Part shown: piece by piece, positions 1 through 8,600 of the stretch
Position numbering within the stretch: position 1 is the first letter of the stretch
How the letters are laid out: each line of letters opens with the position of its first letter
Assembly (NCBI GenBank): GCA_029856045.1
Contig: JAHQWG010000041.1
Span: forward strand, 1 to 21,737
Direction: 5' to 3'
Length of the DNA: 21,737 bases
From: Promethearchaeia archaeon
GTDB lineage: Archaea > Asgardarchaeota > Lokiarchaeia > Sigyniarchaeales > SOKP01
Notes under the pieces: generated by a model
What the model was told of the DNA's origin: nothing
The model's input: the letters and a program-made list of their open reading frames with translations, nothing else
Database searches by the model: none
Translations under genes and position numbers: made by a program

Positions 1-128
1 ATAAAGCTTTTAATCGCCGAGAAAAACGACGAGAATAACTCCATTTTTCCATGACTTATCCTTTGAAAACTCTTATCAAACATCAATAATCCGGAGTTTG
101 TTTGATAAAGGAAAATACTATAAAGCAT
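1..128 (-). CDS. Longin-like domain protein, N-terminal part (runs off the window's left edge; absent from ORF track)
   Basis: Manual translation from ATG at 128-126: MLYSIFLYQTNSGLLMFDKSFQRISHGKMELFSSFFSAIKSF..., open to the edge, with an in-frame stop at 147-149 upstream. Beta-strand + SGLL + 'ELFSSFFSAIKSF' helix is the Asgard longin-like N-terminal pattern and parallels 'SGICL...DLITSFLSALLSF' in 11614..12243. Confidence 0.75.
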   Translation of the reverse strand, partial: MLYSIFLYQTNSGLLMFDKSFQRISHGKMELFSSFFSAIKSF

Positions 129-187
129 GTCGCTGTTGGAAACCTTCTAAGTATTAATAAATAATTAGTATATCATCTATATATAAT

Positions 188-2851
188 TTAATTGTTTGAA
201 ATTTTTGGATCTTTAATTTTTTCAATCATTTTTGGAATAAATAATAATTTCTCTTTTATATCCTCATTCAATTTTAGCGATTCACAGATATTTTTAATCG
301 TTTGAAAAGAATGTATTAGACTTTCAAAAAAATCAATCAAATCACCGCGATATATAATTATCTCAAACTCTTTTAATAGGTAATAGTAAATATCATCAAT
401 TGAATATTTCTTATCGATTCTTAATGAGAAAACCAGGTTTTGGAGATTATTCAGCCCGCAATTACAATACGGGCTATCCTTACATTCACAATTAAATAAA
501 ATTTTAATCCAATTTGTTAAAAGATCTATTAAAAATTTTGGAAAACTTTTTCTCTTATTATAATTTCTACTTTCCATAATTGAAAGTATTGTTCCGGAGA
601 ATAATTGATTAGATACATATTTTGCATTAATGCTTTTTGATACTTCAGAAACGATCTTATTGCTAACATACACATTTTTCAAGGGTTCCAAATTTAAAGC
701 GACAATTTCTAATGGAATTTTCTCAATAAATATTTGCTCTTTAATTAATAATGCTTCATTGATTGTTAAAAAAGACGTAGAGATAGCAGTCCCTAATTTA
801 GTAGAGTTATATAGAGAATCTTCTTTCTTTATCAACTTCTTTTGTATGAGAACTTTCAAAAAATCGTCTAACAAATAATCACTATTAATTAAATTCTCTT
901 GAAAATCATAGATATCTTCATATTGTGTGTGTTTTTTCATGGAAATAAATGATAACAATTCAGTCAGCATTCGATCTTGATCCGGTTCAACTTCAATTGG
1001 TTCAAGTTTACCATTTAATAAATGAAGTGCAACTTTTTCCTCTGTATCTTTACTTTTTAAATTAAAAATTCGATTTGGTATAACTAAAAGATAAATTTTA
1101 CCGAGATCATGCTTTTTGAACCGTCCGGCTCTACCATACATTTGCTCAAATTCTGACACTTTCAACCACTTGATACCCATCGAAAGAGAATCAAATATAA
1201 CTTGACTTGCAGGAAAATCTACACCAGCTGCAAGTGCTGCAGTAGTAACTACAGCAGATATTTTCTGTTTAATGAATAAATCTTCAATTTCTTTTTTTTC
1301 CTTATATGTTAATCCTGCGTGATATGCTTCGATTTTAATTCCTTGGCTTCTTAAATATTCGCTTAAAGTATGACAATTTTTCCTTGAATTAGTAAATACT
1401 ATTGTTTGACCCTTAAATCCGTAATTTGAAACTTTAGAAAATTCATGCTTAATAAGTTTAGACATATTTCTATTTTTTTCATGCTCATTTAAACATAATA
1501 ATAGATGTCTCTGCATGGGAACAGGCCGTTCACTATATTTTATTAACTTGGCATTTAATTCAGTTGCAATATCTTCTGGTTTTCCGATAGTTGCACTTAA
1601 ATATAAATATTGACATTTTCTGGGAGGGTACAATGATTTTAATCTGGAGATAAACCCATCAATAGTGAATCCTCTTTCGGAGTCTCCTAAATTTTGAATT
1701 TCATCAACAATAATTGTTTTAAATTCACCTAATTCTTGAAAGTTTCCGCTTCTAAGGAAAAAATCAAGCGCTTCATAAGTCCCCACAATAATTTGGGAAT
1801 TTTTTATATCTCCAGAATCATATAAATAATCTTCTCCAATTAATGTCTTTCCAACTCTTATGGCAACGTTGATCCCTAATTTGTTATATCTTTCTTTAAA
1901 TTCCTCATAACGTAAATTAGCTAAAGCCACAATTGGGACTAAATATAACATCTTATTTTCTTTATTCATCAATATCCTCTTTATACCAGCTAATTCGGCA
2001 ATTAAAGTTTTACCAGAAGAAGTCTGTGATACAATCATTAAATCAATATTTTTATTTACATCAAGTAATCCTGATTCTATAGATTTAATTTGAATTGGCA
2101 GCAGTTCTCCATATCCTTCTTTTTTTAATAATTCTTTAAACTCATCTGGAAGATCAATTTCATTAATATTTAATTTATATTCTCTTTCTTCCTCTTTTCT
2201 TTTTTCTAATAAATCATATAAGGTTAAATCAGAATTTTTTATTGGATTGAAATTTGGGGTGAAAGTAGTTAATATTTTTTTGACATCCTTAAATTTTAAA
2301 ATTAAATGTTTTAAAAAATCTTTTAATTTTGGATTTATATTAATATCCCGCATTTTCAATTCATTACTAATAAATGAAAGAGCGCAATTAGGACATATTA
2401 ATTGATTCTTAAAAGAATTGATAATTTCTGATTTATCCAATAAGGTAAATTTATTATTGTTTAGGCATGAATTACAGAGCGTTAAACGTTCAATTCTATT
2501 AAATTGGAAGGATTTTAGCATTTCCATTAAAGATTTTAAATTCTTTATATCTGTTTGGTCTGAGATTGCCAGAAATTTATTTTTATTAGATTTTAAAAAT
2601 TCTTTAAACAATCTCGGATCAACAGGTTTGGTTCCTCCTTTGAGATGTTTTTCAAATTTTACTGGGCGGATTTTATTTTTAAAATCCAATCCAAATATCA
2701 ATTCCCCCTTAAAAAATGGCTGGCTAGAATAAATTAATTGCCTGCCAGTTTTCTTTTTTAAATAGAATAAATAGACTGTAAATATTTCATTTTTTGTATA
2801 TAATGGATTTTTATCAAGAACTATAAAAAAATCTTTATTAATTGAAACCAA
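188..2851 (-). CDS. Archaea-specific superfamily II DEAD/DEAH-box helicase (COG1202-like, Ski2/Hel308-related) with Cys-rich Zn-binding segments
   Basis: Q motif LLPIQ, Walker A SQTSSGKT, DEIQ, SAT, YHAGL, TTAALAAGVDFP, QMYGRAGR; N-terminal CNSC...CPNC and C-terminal CECKDSPYCNC; TTG start. Confidence 0.9.
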   Translation of the reverse strand: MVSINKDFFIVLDKNPLYTKNEIFTVYLFYLKKKTGRQLIYSSQPFFKGELIFGLDFKNKIRPVKFEKHLKGGTKPVDPRLFKEFLKSNKNKFLAISDQTDIKNLKSLMEMLKSFQFNRIERLTLCNSCLNNNKFTLLDKSEIINSFKNQLICPNCALSFISNELKMRDININPKLKDFLKHLILKFKDVKKILTTFTPNFNPIKNSDLTLYDLLEKRKEEEREYKLNINEIDLPDEFKELLKKEGYGELLPIQIKSIESGLLDVNKNIDLMIVSQTSSGKTLIAELAGIKRILMNKENKMLYLVPIVALANLRYEEFKERYNKLGINVAIRVGKTLIGEDYLYDSGDIKNSQIIVGTYEALDFFLRSGNFQELGEFKTIIVDEIQNLGDSERGFTIDGFISRLKSLYPPRKCQYLYLSATIGKPEDIATELNAKLIKYSERPVPMQRHLLLCLNEHEKNRNMSKLIKHEFSKVSNYGFKGQTIVFTNSRKNCHTLSEYLRSQGIKIEAYHAGLTYKEKKEIEDLFIKQKISAVVTTAALAAGVDFPASQVIFDSLSMGIKWLKVSEFEQMYGRAGRFKKHDLGKIYLLVIPNRIFNLKSKDTEEKVALHLLNGKLEPIEVEPDQDRMLTELLSFISMKKHTQYEDIYDFQENLINSDYLLDDFLKVLIQKKLIKKEDSLYNSTKLGTAISTSFLTINEALLIKEQIFIEKIPLEIVALNLEPLKNVYVSNKIVSEVSKSINAKYVSNQLFSGTILSIMESRNYNKRKSFPKFLIDLLTNWIKILFNCECKDSPYCNCGLNNLQNLVFSLRIDKKYSIDDIYYYLLKEFEIIIYRGDLIDFFESLIHSFQTIKNICESLKLNEDIKEKLLFIPKMIEKIKDPKISNN

Positions 2852-2969
2852 TTTGCTGTCCCAAAATAATGTCTAAATCTATAACTATGAATTAATAAAA
2901 TATTTATCAATAATAACCTTTTCTTGAAAAGGAGTGAATTTAGGAAAATAAGAACTAAAATTTGATTAG

Positions 2970-3131
2970 TTAAAATCCGAAGACGGTCTTAATTCGATTA
3001 AAAATATCGAGAATTTGTCTTAATTTAGGTTCTTCACCACTATTAAGAAAATGTTCAATCCATTGAGATAAACCTCCACTTTTTATCCACTCTAAAAAAT
3101 ATTCGACACTCTGCTTATCTAGATCGGACAT
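2970..3131 (-). CDS. Small hypothetical protein, 53 aa (absent from ORF track)
   Basis: ATG 3131-3129 to TAA 2972-2970: MSDLDKQSVEYFLEWIKSGGLSQWIEHFLNSGEEPKLRQILDIFNRIKTVFGF. Visibly more GC-rich than the flanking spacers, amphipathic-helix pattern, same strand as and upstream of the helicase. Confidence 0.55.
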   Translation of the reverse strand: MSDLDKQSVEYFLEWIKSGGLSQWIEHFLNSGEEPKLRQILDIFNRIKTVFGF

Positions 3132-3301
3132 TATCTCGTCATACCTTTTGAGTATATAATTAATATGTTTTCAAACTTATTTAATTCTTAATTATTTATT
3201 ACTTTTTTTATTGAGATATTTAATATATAAATAAAGTATTTAATTATTAATTTCTAATTTATTATATTACATTTTTAAAATATAATTTTAAGCGAGATTA
3301 A

Positions 3302-4255
3302 ATGCCTGATGTTAGAATTAAAAGTCCAAATATAGATGATATTTTCAATAAATGGAAACAAAAAGCATATAGACAAAAGAAAAAAGAATTAGAAAAGCAA
3401 TTTGGAACCAAAGGTGCAGTATTTTCACTTGATACTATTTCTGCTGGTGAAACGGTAAAAGAAACCATGAAAGAAGCCTCCGTCTACTTTTTAATCGAAC
3501 AGAAAGAAGAAACATCTAAAGATCAGAAAGAAGAACGTGGGGATATAAAAGAACTAAGCAAAAATACTTTTTATTCATTAAGTGGGGCTAAGATTGAAAA
3601 AAGTAAATGGAAAGGTCCTGATATTGTGCCAATGTATGAAACAATTGAACCAGTGCCCTGCAGTGATTGTAAAGGAAAAGGGTATACCGAGACAAAATGT
3701 AAAGAATGTACCAATGGCACTAAAACAACCGATATGGTGGTATTAACTGGCGCTGAAGCAAAAAAAGAAAAAAAACCGTTCAAGTATAATTGCAATTTTT
3801 GTTATAAAACTGGAGTGATTAGAAACAAATGTAAAACATGTGATGGATACGGAACTACATATAAATGGAAAGAATTACCTGTACCTTTCATATCTAAAAT
3901 GGCTAATGTTCCAAAACTCTATTCAAGTGCTCCAACTAAATACGAAAAACAAATAGGGGAAGAATTAGGAGAATTAATTGAATCTGTTGAAGGAATTAAA
4001 TTTACTAATGTAAAGGATTTATCGGATAAAACTATTGAACCAAACTTGGGTTACTATAATAAAAATATATCAAAAGTAGTCAAAAGAGCTGCAAATGATT
4101 ATCAGAAATTTGAAAAGGACAAAGACTATAAGATTAAAAGTCCAATCCATGTATTTCCGTTGATACAAATATTTTGCGAGAGTAAAAAAGGGAAGAAATT
4201 CGAGATTTATGCAGTAGGAAGCGAGCAAAAATTTATAACTTATAGTAATTTCTAA
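3302..4255 (+). CDS. DnaJ-type zinc-finger (CxxCxGxG repeat) protein without a J-domain; SSUH2-like architecture
   Basis: Four CxxC motifs: CSDCKGKG, CKECTNGT, CNFCYKTG, CKTCDGYG; no HPD motif; C-terminus IHVFPLIQIFC-x-KGKKFEIYAVGSEQKF. Confidence 0.7.
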   Translation: MPDVRIKSPNIDDIFNKWKQKAYRQKKKELEKQFGTKGAVFSLDTISAGETVKETMKEASVYFLIEQKEETSKDQKEERGDIKELSKNTFYSLSGAKIEKSKWKGPDIVPMYETIEPVPCSDCKGKGYTETKCKECTNGTKTTDMVVLTGAEAKKEKKPFKYNCNFCYKTGVIRNKCKTCDGYGTTYKWKELPVPFISKMANVPKLYSSAPTKYEKQIGEELGELIESVEGIKFTNVKDLSDKTIEPNLGYYNKNISKVVKRAANDYQKFEKDKDYKIKSPIHVFPLIQIFCESKKGKKFEIYAVGSEQKFITYSNF

Positions 4256-4306
4256 ATTTAATTATTTTTTATTTAATTTTTATTTTTTAAATTTATTAAA
4301 ACCAAT

Positions 4307-4909
4307 TTAAAGTAAATCGATATCAATTTTTTTAGATTTAACTTTCTTTTTCACATTTTCTAATTTTTCTTCAAGCAACTCGCTATAAATCTGTGCTAGG
4401 TAAAAGTTTTCCTTTAATTCCTCATTAAAACCGGATAATTTTTCAAATCTTTTAATTAAAGTATAATTAATAACTTTTTTTCTAAAACTAATGAATAAAA
4501 CAATTACGATTGCGGAAATAATTAAAATAATCGTCATATATAGATTGTAATGAAATCCCTGAGTCTCACAAAATAAATGATAGAAGAAAAAGGAAATAAG
4601 ACCACCAATGTTCACAAATGCAATATCAAAAATTGTATTAATACCTGAATCACGTCGACCTTCGAATTTTAATCCAGCTTTAAATAGAATAACATTTTCA
4701 AATAATTCCCAAATTAGAGCACAAAATTGTAAAAATGAGAATGCATCTGGGGGTAAAAATAAATTTAATAATAATGGGAATCCAATTAATCCCATTAATA
4801 TATGACCGAACGTATAATAATCAATACCCGTAGTTCCTACTTGTATTAACGTTTTTGCAAATATTGGCAAACCTTTATCGTCTTTTTTACTTGACTTCTT
4901 TTTTTCCAT
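4307..4909 (-). CDS. Integral membrane protein, DUF2585/VanZ-like putative metal-dependent membrane hydrolase
   Basis: About 4 hydrophobic segments carrying the polar motifs DYYTFGH, WELFEN and DSGINTIFD; charged coiled-coil-like C-terminal tail. Confidence 0.55.
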   Translation of the reverse strand: MEKKKSSKKDDKGLPIFAKTLIQVGTTGIDYYTFGHILMGLIGFPLLLNLFLPPDAFSFLQFCALIWELFENVILFKAGLKFEGRRDSGINTIFDIAFVNIGGLISFFFYHLFCETQGFHYNLYMTIILIISAIVIVLFISFRKKVINYTLIKRFEKLSGFNEELKENFYLAQIYSELLEEKLENVKKKVKSKKIDIDLL

Positions 4910-5170
4910 AATTTTTCACAATTTAAATAATTCTATTTTTACAATCGATTTTATCCATTAATTAATATAAAATCTGGCTATTTTAGATTTATTGGTTTAT
5001 GTTAAAAAATAACTGAATTTATTTATAGATAAAGATTAATTTAAAAATCCTTAAATGAATTCAGAATCTTTTTTTTAATTGAAAGTAAAATTTATATGTA
5101 AGTTGAAACTTATATATAAGTTAGAGCCTATATATTTAAAATTAGGTTATCTAAGAAAAGTAAGATAAAG

Positions 5171-5953
5171 ATGAGTAAATTAAAAAATAACACCAATGTT
5201 GAGGAAATGCGTTCTTCAATTAAGATAGCCACGACGGCAATGATGACTGTTTTGGTTTGTATTGTGACAATGATGTTTTCGGTTTATTTACCATCAAGTA
5301 ATGGATTTTTTAATGTTGGTGAAGCGATGGTTTATATTAGTGCAATATTGTTTGGTCCATATGTTGGTGCAATTTCAGGAGGTTGCGGCTCCATGTTGGC
5401 GGATCTTTTATTGGGATTCCCTCATTATGCTCTTGGAACATTAGTTATTAAGGGAATTGAAGGTTTTATTGTAGGTTTTTTTTATTTTAAGATGAAAAAA
5501 TTAGCATTATCTCAGAAAAATTGGTATCTTTTAACGATTTTAATTGCTTCTTTAATTAATTTAGCAGTAATTCTTATTGGATTTATATATTATCAAGGTT
5601 TAGCTTATGTTGGTGGATATATTGGAGGAACTCCTATTTGGGAAATTACTGCAGAATTTAATATGATATTATGGCTCATAATAGGTGTAATTGGATTCAT
5701 TTCTATCGTTGTTATTGGATATAAATATAGTCAAGATATTGGACTTAAAATCATTTCTATGTTATTAGGTGGCATTATTATAGTAATTGGCTATTTATTA
5801 TATGCTACATTTGTTTTACAGTATGCAGGGGCATTTACAGAAATTCCATTTAATTTTCTTCAATCTTTTATTGGAATATTAATCGCTGTTCCAACTATTT
5901 CTTCTTTAGAAAAATACAGTGGGGTTATCACATTCACTAAGTTTAGAAAATAA
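5171..5953 (+). CDS. Solitary ECF transporter substrate-specific (S) component
   Basis: GFFNVGEAMVYISAILFGPYVGAISGGCGSMLADLLLG...YALGTLVIKGIEG and C-terminal EIPFNFLQ are typical S-component motifs; 260 aa with an extra central TM hairpin. Confidence 0.85.
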   Translation: MSKLKNNTNVEEMRSSIKIATTAMMTVLVCIVTMMFSVYLPSSNGFFNVGEAMVYISAILFGPYVGAISGGCGSMLADLLLGFPHYALGTLVIKGIEGFIVGFFYFKMKKLALSQKNWYLLTILIASLINLAVILIGFIYYQGLAYVGGYIGGTPIWEITAEFNMILWLIIGVIGFISIVVIGYKYSQDIGLKIISMLLGGIIIVIGYLLYATFVLQYAGAFTEIPFNFLQSFIGILIAVPTISSLEKYSGVITFTKFRK

Positions 5954-6071
5954 ACCCTGCTAATTTTTCTTATTTATAACTTCTTGAAGATAATGATTAT
6001 ATTTATAAATTAATGAAATCTGAACTATATATTATATTAATTATTTACTAACTATTTCTGAGTTAATTACA

Positions 6072-6443
6072 ATGGGAAAAAATAAGTATGGAAAAGGATT
6101 TCAGAAAAAAAGTAAAAAACAAGGACAACCATCAAAAGGATCCGAAAAACAAGGTGGGGCTTCAATCCGTGGTGGAAAAATAAAAGCAAGTCATATTTTA
6201 GTCCCCAAATTAAAAAAAGCGCAAGAAATTTATGAGGATATACAGTTAGGAGAAAAATTTGAAGTTCTCGCTAGAAAATATTCTATATGTCCTAGTAAAA
6301 ATAAGGGAGGCAATTTAGGAGAATTTGCTAAGGGGACTATGGTGCCCACATTTTGGAATGCTTGTATCAAATTAAAAATAGGAGAAATCTCTCAGCCTGT
6401 AAAAACAGAACATGGTTTTCATATTATTAAACGTACAGGATAA
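6072..6443 (+). CDS. ppiC: Parvulin-type peptidyl-prolyl cis-trans isomerase with a basic Lys/Gly-rich N-terminal extension
   Basis: ASHILV, FEVLARKYSICPSKNKGGNLGEF, MVPTF, VKTEHGFHIIKR. Confidence 0.9.
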   Translation: MGKNKYGKGFQKKSKKQGQPSKGSEKQGGASIRGGKIKASHILVPKLKKAQEIYEDIQLGEKFEVLARKYSICPSKNKGGNLGEFAKGTMVPTFWNACIKLKIGEISQPVKTEHGFHIIKRTG

Positions 6444-6504
6444 TAAATAAGTGGATATTATATGAAACAATTATTTTTTTTCCTTTATTGATACGTTTTT
6501 GAGA

Positions 6505-7911
6505 TTAGAATAAGTCAACTAGAGTCTGCATTGCCTTCAAAACTTTTTTTCCTTTTACAGTGATTTTATAATATATTCTCTTTTCTTGTTTTTTATCTCT
6601 AGCAATAAGATCTCTTATTTCAAGTTCAGATAGATGCTGATAAACTGCAGGAAGTGAGATATCTCCTAAATTTTTTTGTATTTGAGTTCCATACATTGAT
6701 TCAAGTTCAATTAATTGTAAAATTTTAAGTTTTGTACTTAGAAGAGCACCAATACCTACAGTTTTTGATTTATGAGTCAATGCTTGCAATACATATGGAG
6801 CCTTCAAACCACTTCCAGTGATAAGACAACAAATTTTCTCATTTTTATCTATTATATTTTGGTCATTTAATTGTTTAACGGAGGCAACAGTCAAAGCAGA
6901 AGATGGCTCAGCAAATATTCCTTCAGAACTTGCTAACTTTCTTTCTGTAGGTAAAATTAAATTCTCATTTATTGCAATCGCTTTTCCATTTGATTCTTTT
7001 ATTATTTTTACTGCTAAATCTTTATATATGGGATTTTTTACTAAAATACCTAGAGTATGTGTAACTTTAAGACTTGATTTAACTTGTTTCTTCAAATTAT
7101 ATTTATCAACTATTGGTGACCATCCTTCAACTTGAGCGCCAACCATTTTAGGTAATTCATTGATTACTCCTAATTCTTTTAATTCATTCAATCCTTTCCA
7201 AATACTTATCAAACATCCTCCGCTTCCCATAGGGACAATTAACCAATCAGGAACACCAATTTCCCCTACAATTTCATACCCAATAGTTTTTTGAGCTTCA
7301 ATTGTTAAAGGATTAAGTTCGGCTGTAGCTTGATAAAAATCTTCTTCATTAGCTCTTTTTTCAGCATGAATTAATGATTCATCAACTGTATCTCCCTTTA
7401 TTTCAACAACTGAATCATATGCATACATTTGAGCTCTCTTTCCTTCATCTATTCTTTTAGGGATGATATTTAAACACTTTATTCCTGCATATGAGGAATA
7501 AGCTGCTATGGATGCACCTTGATTTCCCGCAGATGCACATATTATTTTTTTATAATTTTGACTGTTCGCGTGAGAAACTAAAAGTGCCCCTACTCTATCC
7601 TTAAAAGAATTTGTTGGATTTTGAGTTTCATCTTTAAAAAATAAATTACTTAATCCTAAAGATTTTCCAAGATTTTTGGATTTAATGCAATTTGTTCCTC
7701 CCTCACTTAGAGAGATTTGGAATTTCTTTTCAATTGCTGGAAAGAACTTATGATATTTCCAAAAATCTCCTTTTCCAATTCTTAATTCGTCTATATTTAT
7801 TGCATCTATTATTTGAGGCTTAAGAAGTAATAAATCTCCACATTTGGAACATTTATGCTTAATTTTTTCTGATTTTATTTGTTCATTACAATTTGTGCAT
7901 TTATATTCCAT
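6505..7911 (-). CDS. thrC: Threonine synthase family PLP enzyme with an N-terminal Zn ribbon and a fused C-terminal winged-helix (ArsR/PadR-like) domain
   Basis: CTNC..CSKC; EGGT; NPTNSFKDR (PLP Lys); ASAGN; VPMGSGG; AEPSSA; LITGSGLK; then TKLKILQLI...ISLPAVYQHLSELE...RIYYKITVKGK. Confidence 0.85.
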   Translation of the reverse strand: MEYKCTNCNEQIKSEKIKHKCSKCGDLLLLKPQIIDAINIDELRIGKGDFWKYHKFFPAIEKKFQISLSEGGTNCIKSKNLGKSLGLSNLFFKDETQNPTNSFKDRVGALLVSHANSQNYKKIICASAGNQGASIAAYSSYAGIKCLNIIPKRIDEGKRAQMYAYDSVVEIKGDTVDESLIHAEKRANEEDFYQATAELNPLTIEAQKTIGYEIVGEIGVPDWLIVPMGSGGCLISIWKGLNELKELGVINELPKMVGAQVEGWSPIVDKYNLKKQVKSSLKVTHTLGILVKNPIYKDLAVKIIKESNGKAIAINENLILPTERKLASSEGIFAEPSSALTVASVKQLNDQNIIDKNEKICCLITGSGLKAPYVLQALTHKSKTVGIGALLSTKLKILQLIELESMYGTQIQKNLGDISLPAVYQHLSELEIRDLIARDKKQEKRIYYKITVKGKKVLKAMQTLVDLF

Positions 7912-8063
7912 AATAATTTTAATAAGCCTTAATAATTTTTTAATTAAAAATTTTTAATATTAGTTGTTTAAATAGAAATTTTTAAGAGTACTAACCTCCT
8001 CCATCTTTTTACTAATATTTATTAAAAGATCTCTTTTACATTTATTTTTATTTAAACTTTGAT

Positions 8064-8600
8064 TTAAATTAAACCAACATTCCTCATAATTAAATGAGCT
8101 ATAAAAGTGAATATGTTTTCTACCATTTCACCTGTTTTAGAAGAACATTCAATTGGTCCATATAATTTACGAGAAATTGATACCTTTCTTGCTTTTTCTA
8201 AGTAGACTACTCGTTTTTTCTCAAGATCTAACTTTCCTCCAATCAAAAGTATAGGCGGTTTTTTTACATTATCAATAGAGCCTTGGTAAAATACATCTAA
8301 CCATTCATCTATATTATTTATACTATTCATTTTTGTAATATCATACATAAATATACCAGCAGAAGCCCCTGCTGCATAACCAGGCAACATAAATCTGAAT
8401 CGTTCCTCGCCAGCGAAGTCCCATATCTGAAGTAAAATTTTCTTACCTTCTATAATTAGACTTTTTAAAGCAATATCAAGTCCTATAGTCATTTTAGTAT
8501 CTACTTCAAACATACCAGTAAGGTATTTTCGGATTAAAGTAGTTTTCCCAACTCCACCATTTCCAAATATACATAATTTGTATGTTGCGTCTCTGCTTAT
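8064..8600 (-). CDS. Rab/Ras-like small GTPase; probable ATA start at 8600 (the ORF-track start at 8513 omits the P-loop)
   Basis: In-frame upstream extension ISRDATYKLCIFGNGGVGKTTLIRKYLTG contains G1; G2 TIG; G3 WDFAGE followed by ERFRFM; G4 GGKLD; G5 SSK. In-frame stop at 8619-8621; no ATG/GTG/TTG before the P-loop. Confidence 0.88.
   Translation of the reverse strand: MSRDATYKLCIFGNGGVGKTTLIRKYLTGMFEVDTKMTIGLDIALKSLIIEGKKILLQIWDFAGEERFRFMLPGYAAGASAGIFMYDITKMNSINNIDEWLDVFYQGSIDNVKKPPILLIGGKLDLEKKRVVYLEKARKVSISRKLYGPIECSSKTGEMVENIFTFIAHLIMRNVGLI

Noticed and set aside
1-52. Alternative frame MEKWSYSRRFSRRLKAL at the left edge
   Set aside because: The overlapping frame starting at 128 gives a recognisable longin-like sequence and is preferred.
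630-2732. Plus-strand ORFs 630..878 and 2418..2732
   Set aside because: Antisense shadows inside the well-supported helicase; no motifs.
3571-4805. ORFs 3571..3795 (-) and 4608..4805 (+)
   Set aside because: Antisense to stronger genes; no recognisable features.
7960-8004. Mini-ORF MEEVSTLKNFYLNN upstream of thrC as an attenuator leader peptide
   Set aside because: Not Thr/Ile-rich and no terminator/antiterminator structure visible.
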